The notes under the pieces are model-generated. The model was not told where the DNA came from. It saw nothing but the letters and a program-made list of their open reading frames with translations, and did no database searches. Shown here piece after piece: positions 7,217 to 14,749 of a stretch of 64,000 nucleotides of DNA. The stretch's first letter is position 1. Every line of letters begins with the position of its first letter. The stretch is from positions 1-64,000 of IMG/VR virus record IMGVR_UViG_3300042336_000257; one strand, given 5' to 3'. This stretch comes from an uncultured virus (IMG/VR IMGVR_UViG_3300042336_000257) (lineage: Duplodnaviria > Heunggongvirae > Uroviricota > Caudoviricetes). Position numbers and translations under genes: made by a program.

Positions 7217-7300
7217 TGGATTAATTGCGACGACGAAGGTAGAATATCCCACCTGGTGGCAGATATCAAGGGGTCTTGTGCCAGTTCTCAAACTGTCACA

Positions 7301-7453
7301 TTACTCGAACGGGTCGAATTCTTTTACCCTACAATGAACATCTTCGTTAGGTTCGAGTTGCAATAACTCCCGCCAATCGATGTTATCCAGGTCCAGATCA
7401 TCATAACACATGATATCTAGTGTAACCTGTACGATACGCTTCTGTGCTAACAT
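7301..7453 (-). CDS. small acidic hypothetical protein (50 aa)
   Basis: Manual translation MLAQKRIVQVTLDIMCYDDLDLDNIDWRELLQLEPNEDV... Confidence 0.55.
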   Translation of the reverse strand: MLAQKRIVQVTLDIMCYDDLDLDNIDWRELLQLEPNEDVHCRVKEFDPFE

Positions 7454-7485
7454 GAGGTCTAGATGTGTATGTGTACTAGATTATA

Positions 7486-7638
7486 TCATGCATAATGACG
7501 ATATGCAAGCGATTCGTAATCTTGCCCATCTCGTGCATAATCCTCGTCGAGATCTAGTGCATCCTGTGCATAATACTCGTCGAGATCTTGTCCGTAATCG
7601 TTGCTGAATGTATAGTCGAGATCGTAGTCGTCGTACAT
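7486..7638 (-). CDS. Asp/Tyr-rich mini-protein (50 aa)
   Basis: Manual translation MYDDYDLDYTFSNDYGQDLDEYYAQDALDLDEDYARDGQDYESLAYRHYA; -10 TACAAT at 7669-7674. Confidence 0.55.
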   Translation of the reverse strand: MYDDYDLDYTFSNDYGQDLDEYYAQDALDLDEDYARDGQDYESLAYRHYA

Positions 7639-7790
7639 AGCTCGTCGAGATTTGTTGAACGCTTATGAATTGTAGCATAAAACTCGACGAGATTGCAAGC
7701 CTTATGATGCACCGTCTCGTCGAGATTCATGCTAGTATATATGCACTCTCGTCGAGAAATGTTAAGATATGCTTATATTTCTCGACTAGA
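7543..7790. repeat. cluster of CTCGWCGAGA palindromic repeats
   Basis: Copies at ~7543, 7576, 7641, 7683, 7715, 7747 (variant 7780); also 5968 and 6023. Confidence 0.85.
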
Positions 7791-7896
7791 TTCTACCATA
7801 CCCTTATAAGAATGTCAAGGTCTGTGAGCCTTATGTGTGGGTCTGGGGATTTTCGGCGGGGCGTGGCTTGACAAACTGCGCGTCTTATGCTATACC
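7790..7896. promoter_or_regulatory. divergent sigma70-type promoters
   Basis: Minus: TTGACA(7818-7813)-N17-TAGAAT(7795-7790); plus: TTGACA(7868-7873)-N17-TATACC(7891-7896). Confidence 0.6.
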
Positions 7897-8113
7897 TGCT
7901 TAGGTCACAAGACTTAGACCTATTCTCATCAATTAACTCAATTGATTCTCAATTATTCATTTTTATTGAGAATGTTACAAATCACTGACATATATTTAAT
8001 TTAATATTAACCTTCCATACCTCACCATAATACACAACACCAAATTCATTATACCGTGTTATTAATTATACATACACTGTTATAAATCCACAGTACACAC
8101 CGTGTTATAAACA

Positions 8114-8947
8114 ATGGCAAGAGGCATCATTTATCTCATCATCAACAAGCAAACTGGTGAAAAATACGTCGGAAACACCACACTTGCAATGAATAAAGAA
8201 TGGGCACACCAGATAGACCGTGCTAAAAGAATGTCCCGAGAACCCTTACACAAGGCATTCAGAGAACATGGTGTCCATAACTTTATGATTAGAGAGTTAG
8301 ATGAATGCGATGAATTAGAGTTTAATGAGAAAACAAACTATTGGATAGAGCAATACAAACCTGAATACAATCCTGCCATTAGCGCCATAGAGATTGCTAA
8401 GAAGGCAATAGAAGAGTATAAACCTGCCGAAGGCAGGCCTGCCGAAGGCATAAGTGCCGAAGGCATAAGCGCAAGCGCCGCAAGCGCAGCACTACAAGAA
8501 CTTGCTAAACCAAAACCAAAAGAAAAAAGAAAAGTTAATACCTCACACTTAATGCAATGGAATGAGAATACCCGTGGAGATGGTAAGAAGACAGGTCTTA
8601 AAATAAGATGCAAGAACTTAGAAACTGGTGTATGCACTGATTATGAATCAGCCAGAGAAGCAGCAACACAAGTGACAGGCAATCCGAATAACCGTGCAAA
8701 CATTCTATCTGCTGCCAGGCATTACCGCATTGCCTATGGTCATCGTTGGCAGATCTTAGAAGAAAAGGAAAAGAAAAAGGCGGTGTTTGGTGTCGATAAA
8801 AAAACGGAGATAATTGGTCCCCGTTGTGAAAGTATTAATGCTGCTGTTCATTTTTTTGAAGGCACCGATAAAAACGGAATTCTCAAGAGTCTGAAGAATC
8901 CAGGGCGTTATAGTTGGAAAGGTTATTACTGGTTCTATGTACGTTAA
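8114..8947 (+). CDS. GIY-YIG homing endonuclease with C-terminal NUMOD1-like repeats
   Basis: GIIYLIINKQTGEKYVG; C-terminal YESAREAA..I..A..AYGHRW and ESINAA..I..WKGYYW repeats. Confidence 0.85.
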   Translation: MARGIIYLIINKQTGEKYVGNTTLAMNKEWAHQIDRAKRMSREPLHKAFREHGVHNFMIRELDECDELEFNEKTNYWIEQYKPEYNPAISAIEIAKKAIEEYKPAEGRPAEGISAEGISASAASAALQELAKPKPKEKRKVNTSHLMQWNENTRGDGKKTGLKIRCKNLETGVCTDYESAREAATQVTGNPNNRANILSAARHYRIAYGHRWQILEEKEKKKAVFGVDKKTEIIGPRCESINAAVHFFEGTDKNGILKSLKNPGRYSWKGYYWFYVR

Positions 8948-9136
8948 TCAGAGTCCTTTATCTCTTTTCTCTTGATTCGCCGTCTGCTGCAAATGCATAG
9001 TCGTATGAAGACGTTGTAGATTCGCATAGCGATTGTGCTGACGTGTTATGATTCCACTTTCCTTGGCTTTTGCAGCATCAACCTTTGCCTGTGGTGTTGT
9101 GAGAATCTGTTCCATGAACTGAAAGAACGTCTTCAT
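8948..9136 (-). CDS. hypothetical late protein
   Basis: MKTFFQFME start typical of T4-like late small proteins; CATAAATA late promoter near 9157-9164. Confidence 0.55.
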   Translation of the reverse strand: MKTFFQFMEQILTTPQAKVDAAKAKESGIITRQHNRYANLQRLHTTMHLQQTANQEKRDKGL

Positions 9137-9182
9137 TTATCCTCTGACTTTTTGAGTATTTATGGCGTCGCAAACCTCGATC

Positions 9183-9719
9183 TTAGAAACCATAGAATGA
9201 TTGTGAGATAAAGAAATTATAAGTCAATCGACCATCTGTAATATCATTACCATAAGGTGATGTAGGAGCATGAACATAATACCCAGGATAGGCAATCAAT
9301 CGATTATACTTATGAGCATACGATACTATCTCATTCTTCTCTCCATTGACAATTGATGTGCCACAGGATTCTGGTGCATCAGACAAATAGATGACCCCTG
9401 CATAAGGCACAGGATCAGCATGATACTTGTAATGATGATAATCTTTGATTCTTGTGTTTCTATCGCTTTGGATATCCCAGTCGATAACCTCAGTGGGAAG
9501 AATATGAAAATAAGACTCAATCAGATAATTCTGAATCTTGAAATGCTCCGATACAGTATGAAGAACATTCTCTTGTATTTCAGGACAATACAATGGACCC
9601 GTGCGGTATCCTTGCCATCCAGAATCAATATCCTTAGAGCAGTTATAATTCTGCTCCAAGGACATCTCTATGACTTCTTCTGGATTCTCAAAGAAGTCAT
9701 CAATAACAAGTACGTTCAT
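9183..9719 (-). CDS. 2OG-Fe(II) oxygenase-like protein
   Basis: VIDDFFENP, HAD, AGVIYLS, YNRLIAY..H..R pattern. Confidence 0.75.
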   Translation of the reverse strand: MNVLVIDDFFENPEEVIEMSLEQNYNCSKDIDSGWQGYRTGPLYCPEIQENVLHTVSEHFKIQNYLIESYFHILPTEVIDWDIQSDRNTRIKDYHHYKYHADPVPYAGVIYLSDAPESCGTSIVNGEKNEIVSYAHKYNRLIAYPGYYVHAPTSPYGNDITDGRLTYNFFISQSFYGF

Positions 9720-9744
9720 TTCTTTGATTGTTGTGCTGATTTAA

Positions 9745-10089
9745 TCACTGAGGAGGTTCTGGAATATGATCGTCAGGACAACAATCTTTTCTTGACTCCA
9801 TGAACTTATCAAACTCTCCATTCATCCAATCTTCATCAGATTCTCTCCATTTACCCAATGGGCAGGCATCAAGAGCAAAACGAACTTTTGAATCCAAATA
9901 ACAACCACATTCCTTACAACGATTGGGAATTGGGTCGCGGCGATCACAGGCTTCACAAATTGCCTTTCTCTTTAATACAACTTCATTGGAACAAAACAAA
10001 CTATCACTTGCTTGTGCGTACTTGAGCACATCAAATGCAAACTTTGCAAGATTTTTTGCTTGCTGTGGTAACGATGGATAATCACTCAT
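9745..10089 (-). CDS. Cys-rich (zinc-binding) phage protein
   Basis: RxxICxxC..RCxxCGC..K..CPLGKW. Confidence 0.7.
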   Translation of the reverse strand: MSDYPSLPQQAKNLAKFAFDVLKYAQASDSLFCSNEVVLKRKAICEACDRRDPIPNRCKECGCYLDSKVRFALDACPLGKWRESDEDWMNGEFDKFMESRKDCCPDDHIPEPPQ

Positions 10090-11240
10090 TGGTACAATCC
10101 TTTAATGGTTTCAGAAGTTAATTCACCTGTATATATGTAATTTCCTAGGGCAGGGGCAATGGCACGTCCTGCATTTCCTGCAATACCACCATTACCTACA
10201 AGTGTCGATGTTGGTGATGTTGTGGTTGCTGCTGACCCTGATCCAAATAGAGCACCTGATGAACCTGGCTCTCCAGGATTTCCACTGGGTTGTCCATATT
10301 GAGGACTTGCTCCACATCCACCAGGCGCTCCTGCTCCACCAGCAACACCTGTAGTGCTTGGTTGATTGTATCCTTGACCGATTCCACCTGCACCACCATC
10401 ACCACCAGGAGCAGCAGGCACAGCATAATCAACTTGACAAAGATTATACCAACGTCCTACATTGCATCCACGGTTAAATTCACAGCAGTTGCCATCACCA
10501 CCACCTTTACCACCTACTTTATATCCACCAGGACAGTTATTGTTTGGACCACCACCACAATAACCACCAGTCCAATACTGATAGTTACAAGTTCCAGGAT
10601 TGCCTGATGTACCTTGAGAACCTCTGGCTCCACCTGATCCACCTGCATAAACCTGAGAACCTGCATCAATTACAACTTTAACAGCATATCCTGTTGAAGT
10701 TGAATAAATCGCAGATCCACCTACAGCACCAGGCGTACTATAAACAGTTCCACCTGATCCACCTGCACCATGAATCTTTCCACCATTTTGAACAATCAAA
10801 GACAGATTGTAGGCCAATGAATCAAACCTTGCCGCAGGTGAAGATGTGTTGATGGATCCAATCGTTCCCTGAACATAGAATCTCTTCTTGATGTTCTTGG
10901 GTAGATTACCAAACCAATTCTGTGCTCCAACATCAACACCAGGATTGCTAAAGTTGGCAGAGTTATCATCCGTTCCTGTCTGAACCAAATTATAATACTT
11001 CAGACTATTGCGAAACTGCGAACTCTTGAGATTCTTTGTCGTGCTGTTTGCAATCTGTGAGTTTTCAACAGCATCGGGTACAATTGGATCTGTTTCTGCA
11101 GAGGTTGTAACCGTTGTATTTCTCAGCAATTCAGATGCCTTAATTGGACCTGATGCAACTTCCTTAAAAGAGTTTCTTAGATCTCCAAACTTAATTGGAC
11201 CTGATGAAAATAAAAACGTATTACTTGTCGATATTGCCAT
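10086..11240 (-). CDS. glycine-rich virion/tail-fibre adhesin-like protein
   Basis: SGPIKFGDLR N-terminus, extensive GGxGG repeats, Cys-rich insert; late promoter-like CTAAATA upstream. Confidence 0.6.
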   Translation of the reverse strand: MAISTSNTFLFSSGPIKFGDLRNSFKEVASGPIKASELLRNTTVTTSAETDPIVPDAVENSQIANSTTKNLKSSQFRNSLKYYNLVQTGTDDNSANFSNPGVDVGAQNWFGNLPKNIKKRFYVQGTIGSINTSSPAARFDSLAYNLSLIVQNGGKIHGAGGSGGTVYSTPGAVGGSAIYSTSTGYAVKVVIDAGSQVYAGGSGGARGSQGTSGNPGTCNYQYWTGGYCGGGPNNNCPGGYKVGGKGGGDGNCCEFNRGCNVGRWYNLCQVDYAVPAAPGGDGGAGGIGQGYNQPSTTGVAGGAGAPGGCGASPQYGQPSGNPGEPGSSGALFGSGSAATTTSPTSTLVGNGGIAGNAGRAIAPALGNYIYTGELTSETIKGLYQ

Positions 11241-11269
11241 TAGACAACTAAGAATTCCTTAACGTACTG

Positions 11270-11554
11270 TTATTTAGTTTTGGAATCCACTTTTGCAGTT
11301 TCAGCAGTATAAGGCACTCGTCCTGTTTCTTGATACATCACCATATCATACTTGAACTTGCATTCCAGAGGTTTCTGATTGCACAGTTTCAGAGTTTGAT
11401 TGATGGTTGATTCAGTGTATGCATTTGACCCTAGAGCAAATCCAATCATACCTGTCAATACAAGGGCAGGATAATAGATAACCTTTCTCTTTACTGAAAA
11501 AGGGGTACGATTTCGCTGTTCAGGTAGCCCTGTTTCTGTACGTGTTGTTCCCAT
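11270..11554 (-). CDS. membrane-anchored hypothetical protein
   Basis: ORF track; one TM segment. Confidence 0.55.
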   Translation of the reverse strand: MGTTRTETGLPEQRNRTPFSVKRKVIYYPALVLTGMIGFALGSNAYTESTINQTLKLCNQKPLECKFKYDMVMYQETGRVPYTAETAKVDSKTK

Positions 11555-11572
11555 AATGTAGCATCCTCAATG

Positions 11573-11827
11573 TTAAAGAAAACTGCGGTTTGTTTGGTTG
11601 TTTTGTTCTTCTTCGATTTGTAATATACAACTTGGTATTTCATTGTCATTCCAATGTCTTACGACCCCTGCGATAATGAATAGATTAGTAATGAGATAAG
11701 TACCGAATATAACAGTCCGTATATGAGCAATGTGGTCTGCTTCTCTGTCATTTTTCGTCGCTTTCTCCCCAAGTGCTTTCGCCCACCATCGCCAAAGTTT
11801 TGTCCTCTTCCTTTTCTTCATTATCAT
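11573..11827 (-). CDS. conserved phage membrane protein
   Basis: WRWWAKALGEKA..EAD.IA.IRT..ITN.FI.AGV.RHW. Confidence 0.65.
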   Translation of the reverse strand: MIMKKRKRTKLWRWWAKALGEKATKNDREADHIAHIRTVIFGTYLITNLFIIAGVVRHWNDNEIPSCILQIEEEQNNQTNRSFL

Positions 11828-12053
11828 AAACAGATTGTCTTGACCTTACATAGGTGAGTTCTTTCCACTGATTATTATAGCACAGAACTAGCAATCGCTC
11901 ATTGGAATGCAACTTACAGGCAGCATAGTTAGTCTTATCCTTGGGCTTGACATTGACTTCAATTGTGATGTACTCTACATCCTTGAAATACACCCAACCC
12001 TCAACACCTTTGGTCCAGGTGACATAATCATTGACTTCAGGAATGTAACTCAT
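11748..12053 (-). CDS. conserved cyanophage hypothetical protein
   Basis: YIPEVNDYVTW..EGWVYFK..YITIE. Confidence 0.65.
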   Translation of the reverse strand: MSYIPEVNDYVTWTKGVEGWVYFKDVEYITIEVNVKPKDKTNYAACKLHSNERLLVLCYNNQWKELTYVRSRQSVYDNEEKEEDKTLAMVGESTWGESDEK

Positions 12054-12331
12054 ACAAATGCAGATTCAAGTGGTGTTTGCTTAGGAATCATCGCAGAATA
12101 AGGAGTTGTTTTCCTTATATCCACCGACTGTCCAACACTTTTGGAGTTGATGGGGGAATAATATGTTCTTGTTTTGGTGTTGTAGAACCCCCAGATACAA
12201 CGAACGGCATCACCCAGATTGTAATCAAACCTACGGTCGTAATGAATCCAGATAGCAACAACATTGCGTTTAAACTCTGTCTGCTCATAATACATTCCCT
12301 CTGGTGCATTGTGTGGAAAATCAATGTTCAT
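12050..12331 (-). CDS. conserved cyanophage hypothetical protein
   Basis: FPHNAPEG..IWGFY..PINSK..TTPYSAM. Confidence 0.65.
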   Translation of the reverse strand: MNIDFPHNAPEGMYYEQTEFKRNVVAIWIHYDRRFDYNLGDAVRCIWGFYNTKTRTYYSPINSKSVGQSVDIRKTTPYSAMIPKQTPLESAFV

Positions 12332-12513
12332 CGTTATATCCCAATTCAGTCGTTATCAACAACGGCACGAATACGATTGGGATTGTATCCATCCTCAATC
12401 AGAGTTAGAATACATTGCATTGCTTGTTCTCTGGTCAGTTTGTGATATTGGGGGTCAATATCTTCCCAACCTGTGGTTTCTAATTCAACAATTTTATACA
12501 GTTGGTCCATGAA

Positions 12514-13164
12514 TTACCTCAGTGAAAGTGGTGCAGTTCGTGTCGTAATATCTCCCAGAATCATTGCATTAAAACTGATTGTAATACGATTCTTACCCTT
12601 ACCATAGGATGTATATGTTTGGGGAACACCATGGGGAAGATAAGATGGGAATATCAACAACGTACCCTCTTCAAATTTAGGAATGAATACACCTGAGTTC
12701 GTTGCATTTAATTCATTGTGATTGGGTTCAAAGATTCGTGCTCCTGGGCGTGGATCGGAAAATGCAGTTCCTGAACAACTTGGAGGCATTGAAACGTGCA
12801 AAACACCACTCAGCAATGAATTGGGGTGAATATGATTCTGATGCGAATATTCAGGGCGATAACCTACGTTTGCCCACATACTTGTAAGATAGGATTCATC
12901 ACGAATGACCGTCATATAATCCATGACGGATACTGCTTCCTGAAGAAAAAGGTCGGCAAGTTCTTCAAACTGAGGTAGATTATGCAGGTTGTGATTGCTA
13001 TGCCAACCAACAGTTCCTGCTTTATTCCCCATAGTTTCATCTTTGGTCAGTTTCATGACATCAGATGCAACCTGGTTCAACAAACTTTTACTCTCAATCT
13101 TTGAGGAAAAGACCATTGATGGGAATGTTGGCCAAATTGTGCGATCAATTAGTTTGATACTCAT
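12514..13164 (-). CDS. 2OG-Fe(II) oxygenase (TIGR02466-like)
   Basis: MWAN..HIHPNSLLSGV..F.DPRP..EGTLLIFPSYLPHGV..RITISFN. Confidence 0.85.
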   Translation of the reverse strand: MSIKLIDRTIWPTFPSMVFSSKIESKSLLNQVASDVMKLTKDETMGNKAGTVGWHSNHNLHNLPQFEELADLFLQEAVSVMDYMTVIRDESYLTSMWANVGYRPEYSHQNHIHPNSLLSGVLHVSMPPSCSGTAFSDPRPGARIFEPNHNELNATNSGVFIPKFEEGTLLIFPSYLPHGVPQTYTSYGKGKNRITISFNAMILGDITTRTAPLSLR

Positions 13165-13394
13165 GTCGTGAATGAATCAACAATGCGGGAGTCTTCATCA
13201 TTGGCAAGAGCAAATTTATGGGCATTAACAACACGTTCCATAATCCGAGAATCGTGTGCATTCTCATACTCATCACGCCAGTCCAGAAGAACATCATGGC
13301 ACTCGTTATCATTTTCTGCGATGACACTAACTACGCCACCATATTCAGAAGAAGGAAACGGAACCCAATAATCAACCAGATAAAGATACTTCAT
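13161..13394 (-). CDS. conserved cyanophage hypothetical protein
   Basis: YLVDYWVPFPSSEYGG. Confidence 0.65.
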   Translation of the reverse strand: MKYLYLVDYWVPFPSSEYGGVVSVIAENDNECHDVLLDWRDEYENAHDSRIMERVVNAHKFALANDEDSRIVDSFTT

Positions 13395-13586
13395 TGTTGT
13401 GTGTAAATTACTCCTTAATTTTAGTGTATTTGTTGCTTCCTGTCAAGCAGTTCAATTGTCGCTCAATCTCAAACTTAATTGGAAGCAAATGCGAAGAAAA
13501 AAATCCAGCATATTGCCCATCACTCAGAAGTTTATGAAGATTTTCAACCTGAATCTGTGCCAGAATCAATTTTGTTTTTTGATCCA

Positions 13587-13793
13587 TTACACAAACTCCT
13601 GAAGATAATAATCAACAGAAACATTCAGTTCTGCTGCTTTTTTCTCAATGAAATTGAGACGATGATTGCCCCCTGTTACATAATTACGTGCTTCCTGCCA
13701 TTTTTTGTGGGCATCAATTTCAGTTTCTGCGTGTTTCATAAAATCCTCAAATGCGGTCATAAACTGCCTAATGTCTTCGTCGTTCATAATCAT
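13587..13793 (-). CDS. hypothetical protein
   Basis: ORF track; ends EKKAAELNVSVDYYLQEFV. Confidence 0.6.
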   Translation of the reverse strand: MIMNDEDIRQFMTAFEDFMKHAETEIDAHKKWQEARNYVTGGNHRLNFIEKKAAELNVSVDYYLQEFV

Positions 13794-14107
13794 CCAATAA
13801 TACGATAACAGACAGTTGCATTACCTTTTTGAGGTGATGCAATATGGGCAAATGCAGCATAAGATAAATCTAAGTCTGCATGAGAGTAAGGTCCGCGATC
13901 ATTGACGCGAACAATCACCTGCTTCATGTTATCTTGGTTTGTCACCCTGATCTTACTGCCCATAGGCAAATGAGGATGAGCTGCAGTCCAACGATAAGCA
14001 TCAAACCGTTCACCATTGGCGGTTTTTTGTCCATGGAAACCATCGCCAACACCGTAATATGTAGCGATACCACACATCAAAGCGGCAATAATCATTCTAT
14101 GTGACAA
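13790..14107 (-). CDS. rlpA: RlpA-like double-psi beta-barrel lytic transglycosylase
   Basis: ATYYG..FHGQKTANGERFD..TAAHP.LP.GS..RVTN..VRVNDRGPY..LDLSYAAF. Confidence 0.9.
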   Translation of the reverse strand: MSHRMIIAALMCGIATYYGVGDGFHGQKTANGERFDAYRWTAAHPHLPMGSKIRVTNQDNMKQVIVRVNDRGPYSHADLDLSYAAFAHIASPQKGNATVCYRIIG

Positions 14108-14413
14108 TCAGGGTGAAAAGATTTCATTTGTTCGCAGATTTGTGCTTGGCGATTCTTGTAACCTTCAAACATTTTGTTATCACGTTGGATTAGAAACAAA
14201 TTCCAACCAAAGATAACGCCAACTGCGAGTAGAGCATAAAAATAGAGTTTCATCCGCAATCAAGGTCGTAGAGAATAGCAGCAGACATTTCAGAAAGAAT
14301 CTTTCGGTTCAAGTTATGTACATCATAACCAATCTTTTCCGAAAGATCAACCCAATCAGGATGTTTCATAAGAATGTTGAGCATCGCACTTAGTTCATCA
14401 GTTGTAAATGCCA

Positions 14414-14677
14414 TCAGCAAGCACCATGAAAAGGATTACCAAGTTGAGGCAGGTCGGAGTTGTCACCAGTTTCGACATAACCCAGTGCCAGACGCTCACG
14501 AATCGCAAGAGTCTTCTCAACACGATTCAGAAACTTCTTGGAGATTTGATCCACACCTTTCCAAGACAGAACCTGCAGGCACCATTCCTGACTAATATCA
14601 CCATAAGGCGTCTTGACAGGATAGTAACCAACCAGCATCGTGCCGTCTGCAGACTGGAGAGTGGGGAAGGTGGTCAT
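14414..14677 (-). CDS. early hypothetical protein
   Basis: ORF track; promoter cassette 14702-14760. Confidence 0.65.
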   Translation of the reverse strand: MTTFPTLQSADGTMLVGYYPVKTPYGDISQEWCLQVLSWKGVDQISKKFLNRVEKTLAIRERLALGYVETGDNSDLPQLGNPFHGAC

Positions 14678-14749
14678 TGGGTGTCCCTCGATTACCTTAG
14701 TATTATAGGGCAGAGTCAGGGCAGAGTCAGGGCAGAGTATGCCAGTTCA

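Noticed and set aside
7543..7790. Possible CRISPR array (repeats every ~32-65 bp)
   Set aside because: Repeats are only 10-12 bp, irregularly spaced, partly coding, and there are no cas genes in the window.
8114..8947. Group I intron around the GIY-YIG gene
   Set aside because: No interrupted host gene or recognisable intron core; the gene appears free-standing.
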